From Octopus vulgaris (Eukaryota): a stretch of DNA of 64,000 nt. Every line of letters starts with the position of its first letter. The first letter of the stretch is position 1. Positions 40,630 to 55,156 of the stretch are shown here, one piece after another. The DNA lies in contig OX597814.1 in NCBI GenBank assembly GCA_951406725.2, positions 58,714,001 to 58,778,000 on the forward strand, given 5' to 3'. A program made the position numbers and the translations under genes. The notes below the pieces were generated by a model. It was not told where the DNA came from, searched no databases, and saw only the letters and a program-made list of their open reading frames with translations.

Positions 40630-41720
40630 TTGGTGATTATGTTATGCCTTGTGTTTCAATAACATCTTAATGCATTTCTGAACAGTAAACGCTGTAGCTG
40701 AAGAAACGTTAGCTGACTTGGAAGACGAGAAGCCATCTGGATATTGGAAAAATTGATTGATTGTATCTTGAAGCTTCGCACCGGGTTTCAAAATGCCGAC
40801 GTCATCACTCTGCAACGAGACTATGAACCTAGGACCAGCAGAAAGGGACACAGCAAGTGCTTTTACAGCGTCGGTACACCACAATTCATCCGAGAATTGC
40901 AGGAGAAGGTGTTGGAAGATCTGGTCTTTGGCGTGAACGACGGGTGTTGGAGTCGCCAGTATGAAGCTGGCCCTGAATGAGAACCTCCGCTACCACACAC
41001 ACATGAGACACTTCGGACGGATAAGAACAAGGAGAGTCGTTTGCCGAAGGCAAAGAGCTTCTGGCAGGACAATTTGCACAACAGCCTGAACAACAGATGG
41101 TTTGCCTAAACCCCTGTGACTTTCCACGTATCCAAGTTCTCTCAAACTACGATAATCTTAGGAGATATCTCCAGTGAGGAGGACGTCATACCGTCCCACA
41201 TCTTTGAAAAGAATCTTAGGCTCAAAGCAGACAACCATGTGAAGCTGCTGGAGACGATAGTGTAACCCTGGCTGGGGAGGTTTACTGTTGGAGGGTCATA
41301 TGTATGGTAACAGAATTTCGCACCTTCACATACCAATTGAAAGGAACAGAAGTGATTGTCGGAGATATTATACGACTTCACTGGCCCCAATTTCCGGCCA
41401 CCAAATTTCCCTGATTGTAATGCAATGAATTACGTGTGGGGTGCAGTTGAGAAGCACATTAGCCGTTCTACCTGTAACATGAAACAAGCCGAGCTGGTGA
41501 CCAAGATGAAAGAGGTGTTCGGAGATCTTCTCAGGAACTAAGCTGAGAACGCATGTGCCACGTGCTTGAGCCATCTTGAGGCCATGATGAAATCCGGAGT
41601 CGGCTACTTTGAGTAAACTGCTATCTCCCAGCCACAATCTAGTTGATATTGAAACCTTTTTAAATATTTCCATTTTTGGACGAGATACTAAGCTTTCTTT
41701 CCCCTCTATGCAAATTCTCA
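40630..41720 (+). mobile_element. Decayed Tc1/mariner-superfamily transposon, DD37D (maT)-like
   Basis: YVW*QNFAPSHT...RPPNFPDCNAMNYVWGAVEK. There are 37 residues between the (mutated) second and third catalytic positions. Ends approximate. Confidence 0.8.
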
Positions 41721-42111
41721 AATTTAGCCCAAATGAATCTCAGTCTGGGTCTCATATACCTTAATAGAGCGGCTTTTATTTCGTAATTCAATTTTCTTTT
41801 ACATGTAGCACATCAGCAAATATATTTCACTCTCTTTGCATATAAGCATCTGACCATCCATTCATTTCGTTTCGAGATGATCAGAGTACATGGTATTAAT
41901 AAGCCACAATAATGGTGAAATATCGATATCTAACCACTCTCAGTAATTTTGATCGAGTTATTCGTCTGAGCTGAGACATTTAGTGTTCCTTCACATACGA
42001 CGTTTTGTGTATGGAGCTTTCCCCAGACGCTATCGCGCAGCAGATCGAGAGGACAAACATAACACATACACTACGTAAGTGCGACCGATTGATCGATACA
42101 CACATACACAG

Positions 42112-42151
<40 letters not shown>

Positions 42152-42208
42152 GTTTATAAATATATATATGTATGTATGTATATATATATATATATGTGTG
42201 TGTGTGTT

Positions 42209-42239
<31 letters not shown>

Positions 42240-43040
42240 GAATGAATGAAATCTGCACTGTTCGGAACATATGCTAATGTAAGAGTTACTTTTCTGCTGC
42301 ATATTGATGATGAATGGCCAGTTCCTATGCATTGAAACATATTACATAATTGCATAATGTTCATGTTTCAAACTACTGCACATAATCAAGACAAGGAGCA
42401 GTTGCAGCAACGAATTTAATACGAACGAACTCCTTTAAGTAGAAGCAGTAGCATCGAAAAAGTTACCTTGACATGACTTACTAAGGCAAATTGGTCTATT
42501 ACGTCAGTACTGAAAACGATTGCTTAAAACTGAAGGATTATAGTATTATTAACGGTGAGTGCTATCTTAAAGGATAATTTTTTTTTAAATACAATGACAA
42601 GGAATCACTGAGAATGTTATTATAGTTGTTTTGTTGCAGCTATTTCCATATTTGTAGAATCAGACTAACATTGAAACCCCTTTATATAATAACGCTCTAG
42701 AGAATCGATGAAAAACATTTCAATTTAGGAATAACTGCCAAAAAGATAAAATTAAACCAGACGCATTTTCCTTCGCTTATCCATAGCAAATGGAATTAAG
42801 TGCAAAAATGGGAAATTAACAAGATAAATTACACACACATACACATCCGATCCACACACAAGTACTATTCTACACTGAAAGCTTGTTGATCAATAACTTT
42901 CAGAATTGTATTGAACAATATATCCGGTCTACTTTATTAATTCACAATTCACGTAGAATAGGCGGATACGAATACATTTGCATATATATATATATATATA
43001 TTGAGATATATATATGTATGTATATATATATATATATATG

Positions 43041-43120
<80 letters not shown>

Positions 43121-43336
43121 CATATATAAATATATATATATTTTTGTAAAAGGTAAGGGATTACCCCAAAACTATTACCGGTATGCTCTCTGTTAGGTTT
43201 TCAAAATATGTAACTCAACAATTAACATATAAATACATACAATAAATTCCCTATAAGAAATTAGAGAAATATTCCGTTGGATATTTCTGAATATATTTCG
43301 TTAACCATATAGATTTCCTGGAGTATAAATATTAAC

Positions 43337-43371
<35 letters not shown>

Positions 43372-43419
43372 GGATTACTGCGAAGTTGCAATAGCCTTAC
43401 CTTTAATTCTTTAATTTAT

Positions 43420-44110
43420 ATACCGTCTTACATAGAACAACACAAATTTCAATTGCACCGATTAGTAACCGATGCAATTGCATCCCTACTTTAAATCGGT
43501 TCAGTTTCTTCACAGTCTTTATTTGATATCACTCGATATGGCGGTTTACAGATTTACTTTTATCAACTCTGCTGTGTATAACGTCGATCTTTCCGTTAAG
43601 TTAGACACGAACAATCTCTATTTCAATTCCTTATTGGACAACCATTTTCGTCCACCATTTCAAACCTTCTATTGCTTAAATGACAATTATTCATTTATAC
43701 GTGGCAAGTGTGAATTTCGTCAGGTGCAAACATCTCGATGCTTACTCCTGTCAAGAATTTATTACATTGCCGTTATATGTGAAAATCCGTTAAAATTCTA
43801 CTAAACATGGGGCACATCTATTGGTTCCATGTTTGTATGTTTTTGCATTACAAATTAACTCCCATTTAAAAGTTTAGTCTTCGTTATTCTCCTTAAAAGA
43901 CCAGATTGATTGGCTAAGACTCGTATGGAACTTTCTATTTTTGTCTTTAAATGAATTGAAATTATTTGCCAGTCTCTTCTTGAAAAGTTAATGATGTCCC
44001 ACCCACGTAAAAGAATTGTTTACCTTCAGATAGAACTTTACATTAAAATATTATATTTTTAGTCTTAGACCTATTTTCCACATAACAGGATTCCCGTTAA
44101 GAATAATTGC
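43420..44110 (-). mobile_element. Decayed PLE GIY-YIG domain and 3' region with hammerhead remnant (~43432-43516)
   Basis: KNIIF*CKV..FFYVGGTSLT/FKKRLANNFNSFK..TSLSQSIWSFKE..KWELI..RCAPCLVE..VINS..RCLH. Confidence 0.85.
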
Positions 44111-46199
44111 AAAGATAGTCTTTTATATTTCCTTAAGATTTAGTTTCAATTTGATCATTCATTGTAGAATTAAATTATCCAAGTTCTTTATTACTATTTA
44201 CTCCTTTAAATGACGTCGACTTTGTTCTAATTCTAGCTGAACTTTTATTTGATTTGGCTTCAATAAATGAATCTAAAACAAGGCTTTGCCAGTGGCTTTG
44301 ATATCCAAACTGTGAAGACGCAAAACTCTCATTGACAACTCATCTTTACTAATCGATAATGTTACTGAGACGATCATGGGCTGCAAAACAGTTAACCTCC
44401 ATATAGAAAATGAAAGTTAAGGGGCTGAGGATGATTATCTATGGCATTTTCCTGGACCACTTCGAAGATTCAGCACTCGTACTACATCACTGAAGCTCAT
44501 AGTTCAGTAAAGTTGGCATCTTACCGATGACATGAACATCCAAAATAATGTGGATCACACTGATAAATTAGCTTTCATATTTAGAATTTTAATTTTTCAG
44601 CAACCTCAGAATTTGCCTTTTCCCTTTTATCTAATGATTGGGGATCAGCTTATTTTGTTAAAACCTTTTTCACTGAACCGTTCTCCGGAACTTCGGTTAT
44701 GAAAAAGTAGTTATCATTCATGCGTTTACACATCTAAATGTAAATTTAATTTTAGCTACACTTTGGACGCCTTCAACTTTAAATATGTTCGCACTAACTT
44801 GCATATTGTTTCTTTTTCTGTGAACAGCATTCTTAAGTTATTTCATTAGTTGGAATTCTTCTTATTTACTTTCACTTTGTGAAGTAGATGGTAAATGTAG
44901 TTATTTTTAGTATTCTAAAATATTTAACCACATATTATTATACAATTATTTCTCTTCATATTTTGACAACAACCCAAGTCACTATCGTCAATCTCTTCAA
45001 GCACTTTGGATACTGTCGGGAAATAATAGAGATTCACGATACATTTACAAGTAGTGGGAACAGATGGCTTGTATACCATTATATATTAGAATAGTTTCTA
45101 ATTTCAGCACAAAGTAAACTTTATTGCTTTGAAATTTTGACACAAAGGCACCAGTTTAATAGAAGGGTGCAAGTCGATTACATTGATCCATGTACTCAAT
45201 TGGTACTTATTTTAAAGAATGAAAAACCAAGTCAGCCTTCGTGGGATGAAATCTCTGAAAGTAACTATGGACGAAATGCCACTAAGAAATTATGCTCGGC
45301 GTGCTAACGATTCTGCCTGCTTACAGCCGCCTTTACAAAGCCTAATGTATTCATACACCAACACCAAAATTTGTGTAACTATATTATCAACCCTAGATAG
45401 AATAAATAATGATGACTGAATCATGATTTAAACTCAGAGATTAAAGAGCCGGACTACATAACGCTTGGCATTTTATCGACAATTCAGCGATTGTTGCCAG
45501 CTCGCTGTGATTTATGTATTAATGCATATAGTAATATATACTGTATATAATGTAAATACTCTTTCATTTCCATCATTTCTCGTAAGATAAAAACGTTTTA
45601 TGCTAGCAGTTAGTGAGTGCATTTGTGAAATGTTGACGAGACTTTTCACAATGTTAAGTGGATTACCTCAGCAGAAACTTCATTAGTATAGAAGTTATCG
45701 ATTTTTTTCAGCATTCGATATGCTACACAATCATGATTATTATAATACACAGAAATACTGTTTATGAGTAAAGCAGAAAATGTTCCATGTTCTCATATGA
45801 AAAATAAACCAATAGCAAAAGAAATGCACAACAGGCAAATATGAGTATCACTACGAGATCACCTAACCTGATAGGAATAAAGTTTCTGCATCTTTCCATC
45901 TTAACCAAAAAAAAAAATGGGGGAACATTGAGCAGTACAATACCGGATTTCCTAAGGAAATTAAAAGAAGTATTACCAACTCTGAAGCGTCCTTTCCATA
46001 GTTCTACGGTATAGGTTACAATTTAGAACAACAACCATCAACAACAGTAACTAGTAAACTGTGTAAAAAGAAAACCGAGCGGCGATAATTCAATAAATTC
46101 GTCAATTTATAGGACTACCGTTTATTTTAGTGGATACAGCTTTTAAAGTGAAATCATATTTTGTGTAATGCTGTTTGATTATATATTTTTGTAAACTAA

Positions 46200-46360
46200 A
46201 AGCAGGAGTGGCTGTGTCTTAAGCTTGCTTCTCAACCGCATGATCACAAGCTCAGTCCCACTGCGTAACAACTTGGGCAAGTGTCCTCTACTATAGTTTC
46301 GGGGCAACCAAAGCCTTGTAAGTAGATTTTGTAGACGGAAACAGAAAGGCGCTCGTCTTA
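46200..46360 (+). mobile_element. SINE 5' half (family of 12157)
   Basis: gcaggagtggctgtgt...cagtcccactgcgt...gtagacggaaacagaaag. Confidence 0.8.
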
Positions 46361-46390
46361 TATGTATGTATGTATGTATATATATATATA

Positions 46391-47200
46391 TTAGTTCGTT
46401 AAGTATGAAATGTGTAGAAAAGAAAAAAAAGTTTGCTAAAGTTTTATAAATTCAAGGAATAGTTTTAGTCTTCATAGTATGCACCCATATTGTCAATACA
46501 CTTTTGCCAATTCGGCGGTAGCTTCTCCAGCCCGGATCTCTAAAAGCCTGGCAATCTAGAGACAATAAAATCTTGGAAGGCCTGTTTTACAACATCATCG
46601 GAATTATTTTTTTTTCCTATTAAAAAGTTATCCATATACTGGAAGAAGTGATAGTCAGTGGGGGCAAGATCAGGTGAGTAGTGTTGGAGGACTTCCAACT
46701 CTAAATCCTATAGTTTCGCCAGTGTCATTTTTGCGATGTGTGGTTTGGCGTCGTGTTGCAATAAAACAGGATTGGATCTGTTAACTAACGTAGCCTGTTT
46801 TTTTTTGTTAGTTTCTGCATCATTTGGTCCAGTTTGCGGCAGTATACTTTGGCCGTTATTGATGAGCCACGGCGAATGAAATCATAATGGATCCCATCAG
46901 CTTCTTTTTATGAATTTTGCCTTTTAGACTGTGTTTTGGCGAGTCGTCTTTGTCCAACCATATTGACGTTACTGCTTAAACGGAATATTTTAAAGAAACA
47001 CTCATTATCGCTATGGACTCCGTGTGGACAGTCATCTAAAAGTTTTTGTTCATCATGATGCTGACATAAGTTCCTTGTCTTTCCTGATTAGAAGGCGGCA
47101 TAATGCACCCCTTATTCCTTCGAAACTAGGAATATGCAGTCTTCGAAAGATATGTCGAAAACAAAGGAATTTTGTTAAATCGTCGTTCAACTCCATTCTT
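46391..47200 (-). mobile_element. Decayed mariner transposase fragment
   Basis: LLQHDAKPHIAK...YSPDLAPTDYHFF...WQKCIDNMGAYYED*. Confidence 0.88.
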
Positions 47201-47262
47201 TCATTTATTTGTATATATATTTGTATATATGTATATATATATACTTTGATACTTTGATAGAA

Positions 47263-47290
<28 letters not shown>

Positions 47291-47297
<7 letters not shown>

Positions 47298-47466
47298 CAT
47301 ACTCCTACACAATTATGTGTATATAAGTGTGGATGTATAAATATATGCATATACATATATACATATACATAGGCACACGCAAACACTAATATACACTCCA
47401 CACATATGTATATGCATATATTTATACATCCACACTTATATACACATAATTGTGTAGGAGTATGTA
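47291..47466. repeat. TA-flanked hairpin element; 47367-47462 recurs almost identically at 49682-49776
   Basis: catactcctacacaattatgtgtatataagtgtggatgtataaatatatgc / gcatatatttatacatccacacttatatacacataattgtgtaggagtatg. Confidence 0.88.
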
Positions 47467-47471
47467 TATAG

Positions 47472-47512
<41 letters not shown>

Positions 47513-47628
47513 GCTGTTGTTCCATTATCCAAAGAATGTGCTGTATTGAATGGGTAAAGAAGAATCTTGTCCATTGTATGTAAACTCCGATAGGAGTCAA
47601 TATTTTGTTATTACAAATGGATCGTGTG

Positions 47629-47664
<36 letters not shown>

Positions 47665-47828
47665 TATATATAATATATAAGACAAAATATGATCTCCTAT
47701 CGAAAGCTGACTTTATTTAAAGTGGAATATTTAACTTTCACTTTCATATTTGAATAATTTTTCTCTGATGTTACTCAATTTGGTGTGAACCTACCCAGGA
47801 GTTCTGCAGTGAGACTCTTTTTACTGAT

Positions 47829-47871
47829 GTACTCGAAGAGACCCAGAACGACTGGTCGAAATGTGTTGTAC
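47829..47871 (+). ncRNA. Degenerate type I hammerhead motif
   Basis: GTAC-TCGAAGA-GACCCAG..CTGGTC-GAAAT-GT-GTT-GTAC. Stems I and II pair, but core positions 3-4 are altered. Confidence 0.45.
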
Positions 47872-49286
47872 TCAATAAAATCTATTACACATTCCATCTC
47901 CTACCACATTTATACTATATATATGCGTTTGTGTTTGTGGGGTGGGAGGGTATACGCGTTTGTGCATGCGCCTATGTATACGTGTGTATGCGTGTGTGAG
48001 CGTATGTATATATGTATATTAGAGTGTTTAATCAAAGCTACACGCAGAAGCAGTTACACATGCAGTCCATATATTTATAGATTTATATACTTATAAAACG
48101 TACAAGAAAATGTAATGTTATTGCTTGGCTTCAGTTCTTGTTTATCGTTTATTTGTTTTTAGCTGTAGAACATAAATGGTTAAAGTATAAAAAATGAATA
48201 CTAAAGAGACACAAGACATAGAAAAGGAACATTGTATATGAAAAGAACACCACCAGGAAGAATGCATAAGAAAAGCATTAAATATTCCATCGTAAAAACC
48301 GTATCACACAAATGAATGCGCTAACTTCTGTCATATATTTATAAATATCAACACTGTGTGCTTGTGTATGCGTGTTTGCATGTTTCGGTATGTCTCTGAG
48401 AAAGAGAGAGTGTACTTGCATGCCGCTGTGTGTGCTTGTGCGTGACTCTGTGTGTGTATGTATATGTGTATGTATGTGTATGTACGTGCGCATATGTACT
48501 ATTTGTAGTTATGCATAACTATTTTCCTGGTTAGAAAGTGAAAGAGATAAGCGTACCTAGTACTGGCCTACAGGTAGTGATAATTGAAGGAAATCCATTT
48601 AGAACGATGAAATATACCGAGAGATACAGAAGAAGCAAAATAGTGAGATTCTGCTGTATAATCGATGTAGGAAAGGCAGATAGATTGCCGTTTTGAGCAT
48701 GAATTGTGGGGAAACTGACAGATAATCTAATATCTCATAAACCGACGTGAAATATAAAATAAATTGCGTGGACTATTAGTACAACAGCAGCAATGAAAAT
48801 TTAAAAAACAAAACGCTGGTGTTGAATATAGGAAACAAAATTAATAATGAAACATAGAGATGTACAAACATGGAGATTTACAGAAATGATGAAAGAAAAG
48901 ATACTAATGATTAGAAGGCTGGGGGTAAAACGACAAATGATTGTGGAAATAAAGGTAATAGGCTATAGCGTTAGCGGTTGAGGAAATATGAACGAAGAAT
49001 AAGATGGCCAAATAAATGCGTTAGTAAGCAATGAGAGAAACAAAAATAAAAACGACAATAGCGAAGTGAGACAACGTGAAAAGAAAATGGCACAAAAAGA
49101 AGCGTATAAAACTAGGAAGAAGAGATAATACAGAAAACAAACAGAAAAGGAAGCGGAGACATAGAAAAAAAAAGTCGGTGCGCGGAGGCTAAGGAAATAC
49201 GAAATATAGAAACGGCAAGATAAAGATAATGAAAAGTCAAAAAAGAATGCGTTAAAGGAGTAGGAGATATTTGGAAATGAGCAAGT

Positions 49287-49362
<76 letters not shown>

Positions 49363-49773
49363 CAGCAGCAGCAGCAGCAGCAATAGGAGGAGGAGGAGGG
49401 GGATGAGGAAGAGCAAAGGAGGATTTGATGGTAGTGACGCTGTGAGGTGGAAGAATTAGATTGAAGACAACTACAAAAATCAAAATGATCAAAATGGAAA
49501 AGAAAAAAGAAAACGCCAAGAAAGGGGAAATACTAAAAACATTGAAATTCAAAAAGAACAACAAATAAAGAAAAAACAAGAAATTACCAAAGAATGCGAA
49601 GTTGAAGTAACAAATTTCGCTAGGGAGTTTTGATAACAATAACACGGAAGTAACAATTGGAAGAAGATAGTAGCGCGCACTCATAGGCACACGCAAACAC
49701 TCATATACACTCCACACATATGTATATGCATATATTTATACATCCACACTTATATACACATAATTGTGTAGGA

Positions 49774-49824
<51 letters not shown>

Positions 49825-49855
49825 TATACATACATATATATACATATATATACAC

Positions 49856-49928
<73 letters not shown>

Positions 49929-49997
49929 AGTGTTTGTGTATTTATGTATATGTATATATGTAAAGATACATATCTGTACATTGAGAGGTAGTATCTA

Positions 49998-50034
<37 letters not shown>

Positions 50035-50651
50035 GTGTGTGAGCGTCTGTATATATATATATATATATATTGTGTGTGTGAACGTCTGTATATATATATA
50101 TATATATTTGTTATTCACGCATATACACGTACTAATATCCATGTAAAACACCGTTCAATCGTTAAAATGGATGACAGAATAACAGGTAGCATAGCTGGTA
50201 AATTTTGGATTAAAATACAAAAGGAGAGAGGGCTGACAGTATTGATTTTCGTGAATAGAAAAGTGATACTAGTGATGTGATTAACATACTGTTGCAACTG
50301 TTCTCCATATTGCCTTAACAACTTACATTCAATTATGTAATGCTTTTTTTTCTAGTTCCATAGGCTTCTTCGACATATAAAAAATTTCGCACATCGGAGC
50401 AGTCACATACCTGCATGCATTTACATGCATGTATAAATACGGACGCACACTCACACTCACACGCAAAGGCGCACGCGCACACGCACGCCCAAATAATACA
50501 CCGAGAGAATGTGAGAGTGAGAGTGAGAGAAAGGAAGATAGGGTAATTGGAAGTTAAATAAAATCATGGACACATACATACATACATAAATACATACATA
50601 CATACATACATAATTACATAAATATATACATATATATATATACATATATAT

Positions 50652-50708
<57 letters not shown>

Positions 50709-51404
50709 CATACAGGGGTAAGGTAAATTTATCCACTATCTTTTGTTATCAAATGACATTGATGTTTTAAATTGCATGTGTTGATTGCGTAAGACTTTTC
50801 ATGTATAAACGCTTCTACACGTCATTATTCAATGGAAACAAATAATGGATTGCGAGTTAATGCTACGTGCCGTTACTGAACCCTTGACGAAATATGTTTG
50901 TAACATGTCCAACATTCACAGGGGAAAGCAGGGTGATTACAGAGATAACATTCTGGACAAAAGCATTATGCACAGATGAATAAAATGTTTCAAGCTAGAA
51001 AAAGACATCATTGAAGAAAAACAAAAAACAAAAAAAAACCAACTCTGTTGGTTACCATTAATTGCGACTAGTTGCACGAATCATCAGCATATGGACGCAT
51101 CCGTTAAAATGGACAGATATCTCACAATACACGAGTTTGATGTACAACTACTCTGTAGTCGTCACTGATAACCAAGAAGGTAGAAAAAGTTGGGTATTGA
51201 AAAGTGTAAAAATTGCATATCTTGGCTGAATAAAAAAACATGGTAGTTATTAAATTGCTGGAAGTGCATGAAGTTAATAGAGATTTGTCTGTTGAACATT
51301 TTAATTCTGATATTGGTGTCATACCTCTGCTCTAAAGATTCAAGAACCAGATACAGTACAGAAATTCATGTTGACTAAGTTGGATTGTTTACTACTTGAT
51401 TTTC

Positions 51405-52760
51405 TGAACATTATTTACATTATTTACAATTGATGGATATTTGTCCTTATCTTGTTTGTTGTTAACGCAACGTTTCCGCTGATATACCATCCAGCCTCCA
51501 TCAGGTGTCTTAAGAAAATTTCTAACCTGAGTTCTTATTCCTTAGGTATTTTTCGATGTTGTTGTTGTTGTTGTTGTTGTTATTATTATTACTAATCGAA
51601 CTCGGAATCTTGGAGTTAGTAGCCCCGCTCTTAACCAGTAAGCCATATGCCCGTAGGCAATTATGGAGTGAATTTTAAGACTTATAAATCTAACATTCTC
51701 CCATCCTTACTAAATGCCAGTTCCCATATGCTGCTCATATCTGCACTCGGTCTTCGTTGTGTCCTAGCATGTGTACTGCTTCTTTTAGTTTTCGTATTGT
51801 CCAGTAGTGTTCTCCGTCTATTATTTTAATTTCACCCCACAGGAGGAGGTGGTTTCCATTTTTCCATACATGATCAGCTATACCCAATTTATTAATATCT
51901 CCCCATGTTACAGTTTTCGATGTTCCGCTACCCTTATTTTGAGGGGGCGGCATGTTTCGCCTTTGTAGAACTTGCCACAATTGCATGGGATGGAGTACAC
52001 GCAGTTCTTAGTCATATTCTCTTCTATTGGTGGGTCTTGTTTACTCGAAGGTTATATTTGCGAAGTGTTGTATTACTTTTGAATACTGTCCTGATGTCAT
52101 ATGGGCCACATATACTTTTTATCCTTTCGGAGAGGCCTTTCACATAGGGTAGACAGACTATGGGGCGTTTATCGGTTTCATCCTCTCTTTTCTTCATAAT
52201 TGGAGTGAAGAGTATGCTTTTGGGATAGTTGTTGTTTAATAGATTGTTACTGAGCTTGATCATTTCTTCGTGGTGGGTATCCCGATAGCTACTTATATTC
52301 ATTACTCGATGTTTTAGGCACTGAGCAATTCCTCTCTTTACACTGTATGGATGGTGGGAATTAAAGTTGAGGTATCGCCAGTGAAGGTCGACTTTCGGTA
52401 TACAGATATTCCGAATCCATACTTGGTGCGTGTTATTAATAGGTCCAGAAATGCTAGCTGATTGTCTTTTTCTTTTTCTATTGTGAAATTTATGGATGAT
52501 TTTATTCAGTTCACATGGTCTAACAGCACTTGGACCTCTTCCTGCTGGGGCCAGATTATGAAAGTGTCATCAACATATCGCTCTTATAGGGTTGGTTTTA
52601 GTGGTGTTGATCCTAAAGCCAAATTCTCAAAGGTTTCCATGTATGTATAGTCTATTATCGGTGATAATGGCGAAACCATAGCTAAACCCTCTCTATGTCG
52701 ATATATATCAGTGTCCATACTGAAGTAGGTAGTTTCTATTCAGAAGGTCAACATTTCCTT
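51405..52760 (-). mobile_element. Penelope-like retroelement remnant: RT, GIY-YIG and pLTR with hammerhead remnant (51464-51509)
   Basis: GLAMVSPLSP, RYVDDTFIIW, FTIEKEKDNQLAFLDLLI, YLNFNSHHP, CLPYVKGLSERI, IADHVWKNGNH and RKLKEA, with stops and frameshifts. Confidence 0.93.
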
Positions 52761-52769
52761 TAATTCATG

Positions 52770-52896
52770 TGAACTCAATAAAGCCATCAATACAGTTCAC
52801 AATGGAAAAAAAAAGACAATCAGCTAGCATTCCTGGATGTATTAATAATACGCACCAAGTATGGATTCAGAACATCCGTACACCGTAAGCCGACCT
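52770..52896 (+). mobile_element. Inverted copy of a PLE RT segment adjoining the 5' end of the element
   Basis: IQFTMEK..DNQLAFLDVLIIRTKYGFRTSVHRKPT is the reverse complement of ~52385-52500. Confidence 0.85.
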
Positions 52897-53540
52897 AATA
52901 AGCTTCATTTGAATAAACACTAAATTGATTGCGTATTGTGTAACAGCCAGGGTATATTTTAGATGCAAAGAGCACACCAATATGTGATGCTTGTAGATGA
53001 TTGCTATCTGATAAAATCTGCTGAGAAAATATAATATTTGTATTATAGTTTTAGTAATAGAGAAACATTCTAAGGTTGTGTGAAATATAAGTATTTCATT
53101 GCATGATTTTCACTGTTTTCCTGACGCCTGCAAAAATTGCGGTTGTTTTCCTCATCAGTTAAGCAAGTTAAGAAGGATATTGTTGTCCTTCACAGTATTG
53201 ATTTGGGTAAAATGTGTTTCGTAATGTATTGCAATTCTATTATTTTTAATAGTTGTGAAATATTAATATAATCCTCATACCAATAAATACATAGAGGCTA
53301 AAATGCTCTGATAATTTCTATTATTTCTGTAATATATATTACTCAAAAGCGATATAATTCAATAAAGCTTCGAGAAATGAAAGGAATATCGTCATAATTT
53401 CAGAAATCATTCCATACAATACAAACAAGTTTATATTCATGATATACTCTTGAAAACCCAATAGCGTTAGTAAAATATTTAGTGTCTAATTCCGGATTTA
53501 TATAATAAGCAATAAGAAAACAAACTACAACTCATGACAC

Positions 53541-53584
<44 letters not shown>

Positions 53585-53586
<2 letters not shown>

Positions 53587-55092
53587 GCTGGTCCTGATGG
53601 TTTCCCAGCAATCTTTCTCAAATTGTGTAAGCATGCCCTAGCAAAACACCGCAATATTCTCTTCCAGAGCTTTCTTACAAATTGCAAACTGCCACGCAAG
53701 CTGAAGGAGGGAATACTATGCCTAATACATAAAGGGGGAAGTAGAGCAGATGCCAAAAACTATAGGCTCTATCTCTCTGACTTCACACATCAGCAAAGTC
53801 ATGGAACGGATAGTCAGAGGGAAACTAATCGCATTCCTTGAAAAAAATAACTTGCTGAGTGATACCCAGCATGGTTCTCAACCAGGTAGGAGCTGGTGGA
53901 TCATGGTATGATATGCCACAAACTGCGTGACCTTGACATAGCTGGAAAACTTGGAGAGTCGTTACATGTCTTCTTCCTGAAAGATAAGAGTCAGGCAGTA
54001 TTGGCTAAATGAGCCACCTCTATGAGCACACAAATAGTGAGCGGTGTTTCACAGGGACCACTGCTTTTTATAGTGACCCTCTCAGATATGCCCTCAAATG
54101 CCCGGATAGCCACTCTGGCAAGCTATGCAGATGATACGAAAGTCTCGCAGAAAATACAGAACCCCAGCGATGTTGCACACCTGCAGCAGGAGTTGGACTC
54201 AATCTACAGATGGGCTGAGGATAATAATATGCAGTTTAATGCTGAAAAATTCCAGGCCCTGCGCTACCAGCATCCAAAACTGAATATTAAACCTTACAGG
54301 GTACACCGGTCCACAGGGAATTTCAATCCCAGAGCCTAAGTCAGTGAGGGACCTGGGTATCGACATGAGTGATGATACCTCTTTCCAAGTGCACATTACC
54401 AGGATGGCGACAAAGTGCAGACGACTGGCTGGGTGGATCCTAAGAACATTCAGAACCAGAGATAAGGAAACCATGATGGTCCTCTGGCGGACATTCGTCC
54501 TCAGCTGCCTGGATTACTGCTCACAGCTATGGTCACCCACCAGTGTGAAATTAACAGCAGACCTTGAAGCAATCCAGAGAAGATTCACAAAGAATATCGT
54601 CTCTTTGCAACAGCTCAGCTACTGGGAAAGGTTGAAACAGCTAAGACTCTACTCCCTGGAGAGAAGACGGGAGCGGTATTCAGTAATATATATCTGGAAG
54701 ATCCTGGAAGGAATTGTGCCAAATTTTGGCATTGAAAGCTACACCAATGCCAAAATGGGACGACACTGCATAGTGCCAAAGATCCCAGCAATGCCATCAC
54801 GCTTCAGGACCAGTACTGCAACAGCCTGGGTTTCAAGGGCCCACAGCTTTTTAATAATCTCCCAAAGAGTCTGAGGAACTTGCACAAAGTGGATGTAGGT
54901 TTTTTTAAATCAAAGCTGGACCTCTTCCTGTCGAGAGTCCCATTTGAACCTACCTCACGGCAAGAGGTGCTAATGAGAGTAGCTATATCAAACTCCATTC
55001 TTCATCAAGTGCCACATATTAGATGAGGCTCTGGGTAATAACAGTGTAGCGCAAAACGGCCGTGCATCAGCATACCCGCAGCTCTGAGCTGA

Positions 55093-55096
<4 letters not shown>
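53585..55096 (+). mobile_element. 5'-truncated CR1-like LINE RT pseudogene inserted in (TA)n
   Basis: AGPDGFP, HKGGSRADAKNYR, SGVSQGPLLF, YADDTKV, LDYCSQLWSP, LEAIQRRFTK and YWERLKQLRLYSLERRRER. Confidence 0.93.
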
Positions 55097-55156
<60 letters not shown>

